A DNA stretch of 63,937 bases. Source: Bacillota bacterium (GTDB lineage: Bacteria > Bacillota > Sulfobacillia > UBA995 > UBA9673). Below are positions 33,756-42,962 of the stretch, one piece after another. Both the position numbers and the translations under genes were made by a program. How positions within the stretch are numbered: the stretch's first letter is position 1; each line of letters starts with the position of its first letter. The DNA lies in NCBI GenBank assembly GCA_003599345.1, contig QZJP01000069.1, forward strand, positions 1 through 63,937. Reading direction: 5' to 3'. Under the pieces are notes generated by a model, which was not told where the DNA came from, made no database searches, and worked only from the letters and a program-made list of their open reading frames with translations.

Positions 33756-35375
33756 GTGGGAGGTGGTGCCGGTTTGAAGAGGAGAGCGCAAGGCTGGATC
33801 TTCCTGGTGGCCCTGGCGGTGTTGCTGGTAGCGGCGTCCGCCGCGCCGGCCCGGGCGGGGCAGGTGCAACCCTGGGCCGTCCTCATTGGACCGGGGTTCG
33901 ACCGGTATCTACCGGGGACCGACGTGTGGTCGATAGGTCTTGCGGTCGTGGGAGACGGCGCGGGTACCGACGTACCCGTTTTGGCCGCCGCGTCCGTCAG
34001 TCTGGACGGGGATTCACTCCCGGCGGCGGCTGTCGTTCTCCGCGACAAGCCCTGGGCCATGGCCGCCGGACGTGTCAGCCTGAGCGAACTCACGTGGTTG
34101 AAGTCCCGGGCGTCCGCGGCACTGGCGGGCAGGGCCCCGGACCAGTCAGAACTCCTCGGCCTGGAGAGGGTAGGGCGGCGCCTGGCCGCGGTCCTGCGTG
34201 AGGCGGAAGGCATGTGCCTGACGGTGACCGGTCGCTCCTCAATCGCGGGAGGGGCCCACCGGCTGGCGGTCACCCTGGACTACCAAGTGGGCCGGACGAA
34301 GGTGAGCGTGACCGAAGAAGTACAGGTGCTCGTGGCTTCGGTCCCGGACGCGCCGGGCTGGTACCCGGCCGACCTTCATATGCACTCGACCTACTCCGAC
34401 GGCAACAAGAGCATCGGGGGCCTCAAGTCTGATCTCGCGTCGCGAGGCTACGCCATCGGGTACGTGACCGAGCATACGTCGGCCCTGATGTCGAGCGGAG
34501 TCTTCGACTCCATGAGCGACAGCTACCCCGCGGACTGCAAGGCCGCGAGCGACCTCGGGACGTCGATGTTCCCCGGGGCGGAGATGGCGGTGGGGCACGG
34601 CACGTGGCTCGGCTGGAACGGTGACGGGCACAGCCTGGCCTACGGCATCTCCAGCACGGCGGGGCTCAACGACAATACGTGGGGGCCGCAGACCGGCCTC
34701 GATAAGGTCAGGTCCAACAACAGCCCGCTATCAAGCCCCGGTATCGCTCACCCGACGCACTTCTGGTACCCCTGGGAGGACTGGACGGTCCTGCGGTACT
34801 ACGGCATAGAGCTGATGTCCGGCTACCAGTGGTACTTCGATGTGAATAGCGGCCCGGCAACACGCTGGCGGAGCGAATGCGCCCGGCTGCAGGCCTACTC
34901 CGACAGCTTCCGCCCGTCGGTGCGGTCGGGAAGCGACTATCACAGTTCCTGGTACCCGTACGTGACCCACGTGAAGCTACCGTCCGACGACGCCTGGACC
35001 GAAGGGACCTGGGAGGACAGGTGGGTCGCGGTGAGCGCCGCCCTGCGGGACGGTCGTACGACCATCAGCCGAAAGGGGTCGCTGGCCTACGTCACGGCTG
35101 ACGGCTATGACGTGGGGAGTTCGCTGGTGAGGGCCGTCGGCCAGACGATCTCCTTCTACATCCACTTCAGGCCCATCGAGGCCGGCTCCTACACCCTGAC
35201 CCTCTACCGGGACAACTGCGCCTCCACCGTCTGGACCAGGTCCATATCGGCCGCCGCAAACAGCACCTACACGTGGACGCACTCGTACTCCTACCCGGGC
35301 TCGAGCCACTACTACTGGCTCTACGTCAGCGGCCCAGACTACTGCTACACGACCCCGATCTACATGCACCCCTAG
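33756..35375 (+). CDS. Secreted PHP-domain (CehA/McbA-like) metallohydrolase family protein (likely start TTG at 33774)
   Basis: It has a signal-like N-terminus (WIFLVALAVLLVAASAAPARA). The PHP motif ADLHMHSTYSDG, then YVTEHTS, GIAHP and SGSDYH follow. The C-terminal region is Tyr/Trp-rich. Confidence 0.72.
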   Translation: MGGGAGLKRRAQGWIFLVALAVLLVAASAAPARAGQVQPWAVLIGPGFDRYLPGTDVWSIGLAVVGDGAGTDVPVLAAASVSLDGDSLPAAAVVLRDKPWAMAAGRVSLSELTWLKSRASAALAGRAPDQSELLGLERVGRRLAAVLREAEGMCLTVTGRSSIAGGAHRLAVTLDYQVGRTKVSVTEEVQVLVASVPDAPGWYPADLHMHSTYSDGNKSIGGLKSDLASRGYAIGYVTEHTSALMSSGVFDSMSDSYPADCKAASDLGTSMFPGAEMAVGHGTWLGWNGDGHSLAYGISSTAGLNDNTWGPQTGLDKVRSNNSPLSSPGIAHPTHFWYPWEDWTVLRYYGIELMSGYQWYFDVNSGPATRWRSECARLQAYSDSFRPSVRSGSDYHSSWYPYVTHVKLPSDDAWTEGTWEDRWVAVSAALRDGRTTISRKGSLAYVTADGYDVGSSLVRAVGQTISFYIHFRPIEAGSYTLTLYRDNCASTVWTRSISAAANSTYTWTHSYSYPGSSHYYWLYVSGPDYCYTTPIYMHP

Positions 35376-35418
35376 GGCAGGGGCGGTTTCCGCGTAGGGG
35401 CAGGGCGGCGAGCCGGAA

Positions 35419-36513
35419 TCAGAAGTACTGCGGGCTCGTCTTCTTGTACTCGCGAGTGCTGAAGAGAACCTGGTACGAGGGCAGGCCGGTCGCGAGGGAG
35501 AGACCTCGGACGAGGTCCGTCACTTCCTCGCGCGTCCGGCCGTGGATCATGGTGTAGAGGCGGTAGGGCCAGCCGTCCAGAGGCGGCCGGGCGTAGCAGT
35601 GCGTGACGGCGCCAGACCTGGCGAGAGAGCGGCCGGCCTGGTCCAGGAGTTCCTCGGGTACTTGCCAGACGACCATGGCGTTCGCCTGTATGCCCGCCCG
35701 GCGGTGGGCGAGGATTGCGGACAGGCGCCTGAGCCACCCCCGCTCTCGGAAGGCGGCGATGCGCGCGAGGACCTCGCCCTCGCTCCGGCCGAGAGCCTCC
35801 CCGAGCCGGGCGTAGGGGCGGGGGCCGTCCGGGAGGTCCCCCTGCAGGGCGGCGATGAGAGCCGTGTCTGTCTCGTCGAGGTCTGCACGGCCGGTCGCCG
35901 GAAGGTCCCGGCCCGGGTTTCCCGCGGCGGTCTCCGCGGCGGTAGTGGTCGCCTCCGGGGTTGTCCCGCCGTCGTAGAGGCGGAACCTGACTTCGCGCTT
36001 GTAGATCCTGTCGGCGGGCAGGTCGCAAAAGCCGATGCCCGTGGCCTTCCGGAGGTCGTCCAGGATGACCGCGACTCTTTCCGGTGAGCCGGCCACGAGG
36101 GTGAACCAGAGGTTATAGGGTCCCTCGCGGGCGTAGTTGTGGGTGACTTCCGGGTAGAGGCTGACCATCGCGGCGACGTCGTCCAGGCGGTCGGGGGGGA
36201 CGCGGGCGGCCACCAGAGTGGTCGTGAGCCCCAGGGCCCGGCTGTCGAAAACGCCCCCGAGCCGGCGGATGAGGCCTGAGGCCCGGAAGCGCCCGACGGC
36301 TTTCATGACTTCAGCCTCCGCCCGGGGCGTGGCCGCACCCGTCACCCGTGTCGGGTCAGTCCGGCCGGACGGGCCGGCGGCCGCCAGCCTCGCGGCTAGT
36401 TCGGCGTACGGCCTCGGCACCGCGGGGAAGTCGGCCTGGATGAGGTCAAGAAGGCGGGCGTCGGTCTCGGAGAGCCGGGGCCTCTCGTTCCCGCTACCGC
36501 TACTGCTCTCCAC
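35419..36513 (-). CDS. ahbAB: Fused siroheme decarboxylase AhbA-AhbB (NirD/L/G/H family, two Lrp/AsnC-like halves)
   Basis: 364 aa with two tandem halves. Each half opens with LDxxDxxLIxxLQxDxPxxPRPYAxL and contains the (V/A)TH(N/C)Y(A)R motif. The C-terminus is [11 protein letters not shown]. Confidence 0.85.
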   Translation of the reverse strand: MESSSGSGNERPRLSETDARLLDLIQADFPAVPRPYAELAARLAAAGPSGRTDPTRVTGAATPRAEAEVMKAVGRFRASGLIRRLGGVFDSRALGLTTTLVAARVPPDRLDDVAAMVSLYPEVTHNYAREGPYNLWFTLVAGSPERVAVILDDLRKATGIGFCDLPADRIYKREVRFRLYDGGTTPEATTTAAETAAGNPGRDLPATGRADLDETDTALIAALQGDLPDGPRPYARLGEALGRSEGEVLARIAAFRERGWLRRLSAILAHRRAGIQANAMVVWQVPEELLDQAGRSLARSGAVTHCYARPPLDGWPYRLYTMIHGRTREEVTDLVRGLSLATGLPSYQVLFSTREYKKTSPQYF

Positions 36514-37540
36514 TTAGCCACCTCACCGCCCGCCGGGCGTAGTAGGTGAGGACGAAGTCGGCCCCGGCCCGTTTGATGGCGGTGAGGGCCTCCAGGGCCG
36601 CGGCCCGCTCGTCTATCCAGCCCCGTTCAGCCGCCGCGCGGAGCATCGCGTACTCCCCGCTCACGTGATAGGCCGCGACCGGCAGAAGGCAGGCTTCCCG
36701 GACGGCCCGGACGACGTCCAGGTAGGGAAGGGCCGGTTTGACCATGACCATGTCGGCCCCTTCCTCCACGTCGAGCAGGGCCTCGTCGACGGCCTGCCTA
36801 GAGCCTGAAGCCGGGTCCATCTGGTAGCCGCGGCGGTCGCCGGTCCGGGGCGCGGAGTGGGCGGCTTCGCGGAACGGGCCGTAGAAAGCCGAGGCGTACT
36901 TCACCGCGTAGCTGAGGATGGCCGTGCCGGTGAACCCCTCCGCGTCGAGAACCCTCCTGATGGCCAGGACCCGGCCGTCCATCATGTCGGACGGGGCCAC
37001 GACGTCGGCGCCGGCCCGGGCGTGGGACAGCGCAACGGCCGCCAGGCGTTCGAGGGTGGGGTCGTTCTCGACTTCCCCGTCGAGAGCCAGGAGCCCGCAG
37101 TGCCCGTGGTCGGTGTACTGGCAAAGGCACACGTCGGTCATCACCAGGAGGTCCGGGAACTCGGCCTTGACCGCCGAGACAGCTCGCTGGACCGGACCCG
37201 CCGGGTCCCAGGCCGAACTCCCCTCCGGGTCTTTGGTCTCGGGTAGGCCGAAGAGAATCACCCCGGGGATATCGAGGGCCGCGACCTCGGCGACTTCCTT
37301 CAGGAGCTCGTCGACCGAGAGATGGTAATTGCCCGGCATGGAGTCGATTTCCTGACGCACCCGTCTCCCCGGGACCACGAAGAACGGGTTCACGAAGTCC
37401 GCCGGGCTCAGGGTCACTTCCCGGACCAGCCGCCTCACGGCCTCCGAGCGCCGCAGGCGCCTGAGCCTTCGCGATGGGCCGGGTCCCGGTCTCTCCGGGT
37501 CAGGCCCGCCCGTGTCGCCCGGCCTCTGGGTGCCGCTCAC
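36500..37540 (-). CDS. hemB: Porphobilinogen synthase (zinc-type)
   Basis: 346 aa. [15 protein letters not shown], Cys-rich zinc site [25 protein letters not shown] and VSGEYAM are present. Confidence 0.93.
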   Translation of the reverse strand: MSGTQRPGDTGGPDPERPGPGPSRRLRRLRRSEAVRRLVREVTLSPADFVNPFFVVPGRRVRQEIDSMPGNYHLSVDELLKEVAEVAALDIPGVILFGLPETKDPEGSSAWDPAGPVQRAVSAVKAEFPDLLVMTDVCLCQYTDHGHCGLLALDGEVENDPTLERLAAVALSHARAGADVVAPSDMMDGRVLAIRRVLDAEGFTGTAILSYAVKYASAFYGPFREAAHSAPRTGDRRGYQMDPASGSRQAVDEALLDVEEGADMVMVKPALPYLDVVRAVREACLLPVAAYHVSGEYAMLRAAAERGWIDERAAALEALTAIKRAGADFVLTYYARRAVRWLSGEQ

Positions 37541-38751
37541 GCTACCACCTCCCGGATTTCGTCGTCGGTAAGGTAACAGCCGGGGTCCGAGGCCCAGAAG
37601 TCGCCGGTCGCGGCTTCGGCCCTCGCCCGGAGATTGCCGTTACAGGCGTCCAGCCACGCGCACCCGCCGCACCTTCCCGTGAGCTTGGTCTTCCGGTCGC
37701 GGAGGGCCTTGAGGAGGGGCTGCTCGGAGTCGGTCCATATGTCGGGGAAAGGACGCTCGAGGATGTTGCCGAGCACGCGCGACCCGGTGAACTGGTCGGG
37801 GGTCACGTCTCCCCGGTGGTTCACGGCGGCTATGGCCATCCCCGACCTGTTCCCGCCGCTCAGGCGGATGCGGGCGAGGACCCGGGGGGCTCTCTCGGGG
37901 TCCTCCTTCAGGAGCTTGAGATAGAGGTAGACCCCGTCGGCGTGGTTGTCCACCGTCAGGATTTCCTTCCGGATACCGCGCCTCGCGAAATCGCGGGCAC
38001 GGTCGACGATGAGGTCCATCGCCCGTCTGGTCTCCTCGGGACTCAGGCTGGACGATGCGATTCCCCGCCCCCGGCCGCTCGGCACGAGGTGGTAGAAGCA
38101 CACCCGGGGAATGTCCTCGCGCTCCACAAGGTCCAGGATGCTGTCGAGGGCCTCGACGTTGTGCCGGCTGAGAGTGAAGCGCAGGCCCATCCTCTGGCCG
38201 GCCTCGCGGCAGTTGCGTATCCCCCGGAGGGCCGCGTCGAAGGCCCCGTCCCGGCCGCGGAAGCGGTCGTTCGTGTCGCCCAACCCGTCCAGGCTGATGC
38301 CCACGTAGGAGACGCCCGCGTCCTTGACTCTCGCCGCGACGCCGGGGGTTATGAGCGTCCCGTTGGTCGACAGGGTGACCCGCATCCCGTGGCTGACCGC
38401 CCGGCCGATGACGTCGAAGAGGTCCCGGCGGAGGAACGGCTCGCCGCCGGAGATGAGGAGGACGGGAACCCGAAAGCCGGCCAGGGAATCCACGAAGTCG
38501 AGGGCCTGTGCGGTCGTGAGCCCGTGGGCCTCGGGAGCGGCCTTCTCGCCGGCTTCCCCGGAACCGTCGTCGAAGTCGGCCCCGTAGTAGCAGTGGACGC
38601 ACCTGAGATTGCAGAGGGCCGTCGAGTTCCAGACCACCACGGGGCCGGTGCCTTCCCGCGTCCCGTGACGGGCGCCTCTGGCCTCCGGGTGGTACCGGAG
38701 GCTGTTGCCGTAGTGGTTCTCGTCAAACAGGAGAGCCGTCAGGTCCAGCAC
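37537..38751 (-). CDS. ahbC: Radical SAM enzyme of the AhbC/NirJ1 type (putative Fe-coproporphyrin III synthase)
   Basis: 404 aa with CNLRCVHCY (CxxxCxxC), ISGGEPFLR and C-terminal Cys cluster [20 protein letters not shown]. It is embedded in the heme operon. The AhbC versus AhbD assignment is tentative. Confidence 0.75.
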   Translation of the reverse strand: MLDLTALLFDENHYGNSLRYHPEARGARHGTREGTGPVVVWNSTALCNLRCVHCYYGADFDDGSGEAGEKAAPEAHGLTTAQALDFVDSLAGFRVPVLLISGGEPFLRRDLFDVIGRAVSHGMRVTLSTNGTLITPGVAARVKDAGVSYVGISLDGLGDTNDRFRGRDGAFDAALRGIRNCREAGQRMGLRFTLSRHNVEALDSILDLVEREDIPRVCFYHLVPSGRGRGIASSSLSPEETRRAMDLIVDRARDFARRGIRKEILTVDNHADGVYLYLKLLKEDPERAPRVLARIRLSGGNRSGMAIAAVNHRGDVTPDQFTGSRVLGNILERPFPDIWTDSEQPLLKALRDRKTKLTGRCGGCAWLDACNGNLRARAEAATGDFWASDPGCYLTDDEIREVVA

Positions 38752-41700
38752 CTTGGGTCGTCCTTTCCCGGTAGTGGTCGAGGACGGCCTCGACCAATCC
38801 GTCCACGGTGTAGTCTCTCGCCACGGCCGAGGGGTCGAGGCCCACCTCCGCGGATGTCTGGGCCGTGACCGGCCCGATGCAGAAGACAGCCGGGCGTCTT
38901 GGGGTGACGGCGAGCCAGTCGTGTCCCACCGCGCGCATGAACTGCCTGACCGTCTCGGAACTGGCGAAGGTCAGGGCGTCGACGCGCCCCGCGCGCAGCA
39001 GGGCCGCCAGATCGTCCCTGAGGGCCGCGCGCGCCGGGCTGTCCGCCTCAGGTCCCAGCCCGTAGGCGTGGACCTCCTCGACCTCGAGACCGCGCCTGCC
39101 GAGCTCGTCCACCACGGCCCGGCGCCCGAGGCTCGACCGCACCAGGAGAACCCTGGCCGGCCGCGCGGTGCCGCCGCCGGCCAGGCCCGCGGCCTCGCCG
39201 ACGGCCCGCGCCAGGGCTTCGCCCTCATAAGCCTCCGGGACGAGATCGGCTCTCACTCCCCGTCGGAGAAGCCTGTCGGCCGTGGCGGGGCCGATGGCCG
39301 CGACGTGCTTTTTCGACAGGGTCCGCGTGTCAAGACCGACGGCCGTCAACCGTTCGAAGAAGATGTCCACACCGTTGACGCTGGTGAAAACGATCCAGTC
39401 GAAATCGTCGAGACGCTCGAGGCAAGAGTCCAGGCGCCGTAACTCGGGGCTGCCGGGCTGGGGGCGCTCGACGCGGACAGCCGGAAAGGTGAACACGTCG
39501 GCTCCAAGGGACCGGAGCCGCTCGGAAAGGAGCGAAGCCTGCTCGCGGGTCCGGGTCACCACGACGCGACGCCCGGCCAGTGGAAGGTCCTCGCGCCAGG
39601 CGAGTTCGTCGCGCAGGGCGGCGACTTCCCCGACTATGATGAGGGCCGGGTTACTCACACCGGCGGCCGCGGCCTTGCCGGCGATATCGCCGAGCGTGCC
39701 GCTCACGACACGCTGTTCGGCGGTCGTGGCCGAGGCGACGACGCAGGCCGGGGTCGACGGCGGCCGGTCGCCCCGCAGCATCTGGTCGACTATGTCAGCG
39801 AGCCGACCCGTCCCCATCAACACGACGATCGTGTCGACCGCCGAGGCGAGCCGGGCGAAGTCGGGGGTGTCCTTGCCGCCGCCTTCCCCGTGCCCGGTCA
39901 CGACGGCGAAGGACTGCGCCTTCCCGCGGTGCGTGACGGGGATGCCCGCGTAGGCTGGGCCGGCCACGGCCGACGTGACGCCGGGCACGACTTCGTAAGA
40001 GACCCCCGCGGCGCGCAGGGCCTGGGCCTCCTCGCCGCCGCGGCCAAAGACGAACGGGTCGCCGCCTTTGAGTCTCACGACGTTCAGCCCCTGACCGGCC
40101 TTCTCGACCAGGAGCCGGGAAATGCCCTCCTGGGTTATTGAATGCCGGCCGGGCTCTTTGCCGGCCAGGATGATCTCGCAGCCCGGGGGGGTGCGCGCAA
40201 GCAAGGATGGGTTCGCCAGCCTGTCGACGACCACGCAGTCGGCCCGCGCGAGGAGGTCGGCCCCTTTGACGGTCAGGAGTGCCGGGTCACCAGGGCCCGC
40301 CCCGACGAGGTAGACGATGCCGGGACCACTCTTCCGCGGGCCCTGCGCGGCCGGAGGGCGGACCAGCTCGGCGGCTCCCCGTTTCAGAAGGTCCTCGGCC
40401 AGGCCGGCGCCGGCCCTGACCGCGGCGGCCCTGTCGAGCGGCCCGTCGACGGACCTCCGGCCGTCGACGGATCGGCTCCCGTCTTCGCTGAGGGCGAGGC
40501 CAACGATGTCGAGACGGTCCTTGCCCGGGTCAATCCGGGCATAGGCCCCGGCCGCCGCGTGACACCCGGCGCCGAGCCGGTGAAGAAAGGCCCGTTCCGC
40601 CTCCGCGGCCAGCCGGGCCTGGGCATCGTCGATCCGGGACGCGAGAGCGACGGCGTCCTGGTCGTCCGCGCGGCACTCCACGGCCAGGAAGCCTTGAGCC
40701 GGGGCGGGTACGAAGGTCTCGGGGTCCAGGTACTCGTTGACCCTGCCCGCGAGGCCCAGGCGTTCGAGGCCGGCGGCCGCGAGAACGATGGCGTCGTAGG
40801 CCCCTTCGTCCAGGCGACGGAGACGGGTATCCACGTTGCCGCGTAGAGGACGGCACTCGAGGTCGGGCCGGAGTCTGCGGACCAGGGCGGCCCGCCGCGG
40901 GCTGGATGTTCCGACGCTTCCGCCCGGGGGTAACCCGGCGAGGCCGCGTCCGCTCCGCGATATGATGGCATCCCGAGGGTCGGCCCGCGTCGTCACCGCG
41001 GCAAGGACCAACCCGGCCGGCATGGCGGTCGGCAGGTCCTTCAAAGAATGGACGGCCAGGTCGATCTGGCCGTGAAGAAGAGCGCGTTCGAGTTCGTTCG
41101 TAAAGGTTCCGACAGTGGAAAGGTCGGCCAAGGGCGTCGTCACGTCGAGATCCCCGCCGGTCGAGATGGTCACGAGTTCGAAACGAGGAGCCGGGTCTCC
41201 GGCGTCGCCGCTCGAACCACACGACGCCCGGAGGGCCTCCACGACGAGTTCGGCCTGCCGGCGTGCCAGGCCGCTGCCGCGGCAACCGACCCTGAGAAGC
41301 CGCCCGGGGGCCGCCGCGAGGCCTGCCGCCAGCAGGATCTCCCGTTCCGCGTCCGCTTCCCGCCCCTCGCGCGCGGCCGCGACCACCTCCGGGTCCAGGG
41401 CCCGGTCGACGGCCGCCTGGAGCCGGACCAGCCGGGCCTCGGCGGATGACTCACGCCGGCGGAGTTCGGCTCGCGCCCGCCCGAGGAGGGAGGTGATGAG
41501 GCCGTATTCCGGACCGTAGCGTTCCTCGAGTTCCCGCTTGAGCCGGCTAGCGAGGAGAGGGCTGGCGCCGCCCGACGAGACCGCCACTTGCAGGCGGCCC
41601 CTCCTGACCACGGCGGGAGCCTCGAAGTCGCACAACTCGGGGCTGTCGACGACGTTCACCAATACGCCTCGGCTCTTGGCTTCCGCCGCTACCCGAGCGT

Positions 41701-42013
41701 TGGTCCCCGCGTCGTCCGTGGCGGTCACGCAGAGGGCCATACCGTCCAGGAGTTCGGGAGTGAAGTCGGCTTCGACCAGGCGGACCTCGCCGCGCCCCGC
41801 GGCCTGGCGGACCTCCTCGCAAGCCGCCGGAGCGACCACGGTCACAGCGGCGCCTGAGCCGGTCAGTCCCTGTATCTTCCGCCACGCGACGTTTCCGGCC
41901 CCGACAACCAGACACCGGCGGCCCGCGAGGTTGAGGTAGACGGGGTAGAGAGGCGGAACGCTCACCGGTAACTCATGGCCACCTTTCTGCGGCTGCTTGT
42001 CCCCGAGCATCAC
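38723..42013 (-). CDS. Four-domain fusion: precorrin-2 dehydrogenase (SirC/CysG-N-like) + hydroxymethylbilane synthase + uroporphyrinogen-III C-methyltransferase + uroporphyrinogen-III synthase
   Basis: 1096 aa. VVGAGNVAWRK is the Rossmann loop of the SirC part. The HemC part shows RVGCRGSGLARRQA...AVHSLKDLP...GNVDTRL...LGAGCHAAAG. The SUMT part shows YLVGAGPGDPALLTVKG...LKGGDPFVFGRGGEE...PGVTS. The HemD part shows LAGRRVVVTRTREQAS. Confidence 0.88.
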   Translation of the reverse strand: MMLGDKQPQKGGHELPVSVPPLYPVYLNLAGRRCLVVGAGNVAWRKIQGLTGSGAAVTVVAPAACEEVRQAAGRGEVRLVEADFTPELLDGMALCVTATDDAGTNARVAAEAKSRGVLVNVVDSPELCDFEAPAVVRRGRLQVAVSSGGASPLLASRLKRELEERYGPEYGLITSLLGRARAELRRRESSAEARLVRLQAAVDRALDPEVVAAAREGREADAEREILLAAGLAAAPGRLLRVGCRGSGLARRQAELVVEALRASCGSSGDAGDPAPRFELVTISTGGDLDVTTPLADLSTVGTFTNELERALLHGQIDLAVHSLKDLPTAMPAGLVLAAVTTRADPRDAIISRSGRGLAGLPPGGSVGTSSPRRAALVRRLRPDLECRPLRGNVDTRLRRLDEGAYDAIVLAAAGLERLGLAGRVNEYLDPETFVPAPAQGFLAVECRADDQDAVALASRIDDAQARLAAEAERAFLHRLGAGCHAAAGAYARIDPGKDRLDIVGLALSEDGSRSVDGRRSVDGPLDRAAAVRAGAGLAEDLLKRGAAELVRPPAAQGPRKSGPGIVYLVGAGPGDPALLTVKGADLLARADCVVVDRLANPSLLARTPPGCEIILAGKEPGRHSITQEGISRLLVEKAGQGLNVVRLKGGDPFVFGRGGEEAQALRAAGVSYEVVPGVTSAVAGPAYAGIPVTHRGKAQSFAVVTGHGEGGGKDTPDFARLASAVDTIVVLMGTGRLADIVDQMLRGDRPPSTPACVVASATTAEQRVVSGTLGDIAGKAAAAGVSNPALIIVGEVAALRDELAWREDLPLAGRRVVVTRTREQASLLSERLRSLGADVFTFPAVRVERPQPGSPELRRLDSCLERLDDFDWIVFTSVNGVDIFFERLTAVGLDTRTLSKKHVAAIGPATADRLLRRGVRADLVPEAYEGEALARAVGEAAGLAGGGTARPARVLLVRSSLGRRAVVDELGRRGLEVEEVHAYGLGPEADSPARAALRDDLAALLRAGRVDALTFASSETVRQFMRAVGHDWLAVTPRRPAVFCIGPVTAQTSAEVGLDPSAVARDYTVDGLVEAVLDHYRERTTQGAGPDGSPV

Positions 42014-42032
42014 TCTCGGGGATATGAGACCA

Positions 42033-42962
42033 CTATAGCCACTGGTGGAAACGGCTCAAGAGAGGGGTCGCCACCAGGAGATTGACGGCCGTCAGGATGA
42101 ACCCGACGTTTAGGACCCAGCTCGCGCGCCGGGCCGTCCAGCCGAGCCGGACCCGGGCCACGAGGTGGAAGGCGTAGGCGAGCACGGCCAGGAACGTCGA
42201 GATGACCTTGGGGTCGGCGAACCACGTCGCGCCCCACAAGGAAACGGCACGAGCTATTCCGGGGATCAGGCCCGCCACCAGGAAAAGCAGCCCCGCGACG
42301 ACCAGGCGCAACCCGACCCGGTCCAGGACCTCGAGGGACGGGAGAAGCCGGGAGAGGGGTCCCAGGCGGAGCTTCCTGAGACTGCGGTCCTGTGTCGTGT
42401 ACATGAGGTTCGCCACCCAGGCCAGGGTGAACAGGCCCCAGCCGGTGGCCGCCAGGATGGCGTGGACCGGCACCCAGCTTTCCTCCAGCACCGACCTGTC
42501 CGGCCCGGCGATCAACCCGCCGGACGCCCAGCCGGCCACGACGTCCGCCAGCACCAGCCCGACGGCGATGGCCGGGAACAAGAACAACCCTAACCCGGTG
42601 GGGGCCATCTGCGGCCCGGGGCCGTCCTGACCTCTCGGGCCGAGGCGTTTCCCGGCTTCCCGCAGAAGGGCGTCGCTCACCTGGTAGCTGGAGGCCGCGA
42701 GCCAGGTTACCAGCAGCATGGCGCCGGGGGCGGCGCTCCACACGGTCCAGCGCCCCCCGAATAGGGCGCCGCCGAGGAGCGCGACGGTGTGCGCGACCCA
42801 GGCTCCCTGCGCCGCCCAAGCGCTGTACCGGTTCCACCGGCGCTCCCTGACGGAGAGATACGCCCCCAGAGCGGAGAGCGCGTAGAGCACGGCCGAGGCG
42901 CCGACGAGGACCGGAACGGCCAAACCGATTAGACCCACCTTGCCAGCGAGCGCGTCACCCAT
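42033..42962 (-). CDS. hemX: HemX / CcsA-family cytochrome c assembly-like membrane protein
   Basis: 309 aa with about 8 TMs and a Trp-rich motif LWGATWFADPK (WGxxWxxDPK). It sits directly after hemA, as in Bacillus hemAX. Confidence 0.8.
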   Translation of the reverse strand: MGDALAGKVGLIGLAVPVLVGASAVLYALSALGAYLSVRERRWNRYSAWAAQGAWVAHTVALLGGALFGGRWTVWSAAPGAMLLVTWLAASSYQVSDALLREAGKRLGPRGQDGPGPQMAPTGLGLFLFPAIAVGLVLADVVAGWASGGLIAGPDRSVLEESWVPVHAILAATGWGLFTLAWVANLMYTTQDRSLRKLRLGPLSRLLPSLEVLDRVGLRLVVAGLLFLVAGLIPGIARAVSLWGATWFADPKVISTFLAVLAYAFHLVARVRLGWTARRASWVLNVGFILTAVNLLVATPLLSRFHQWL

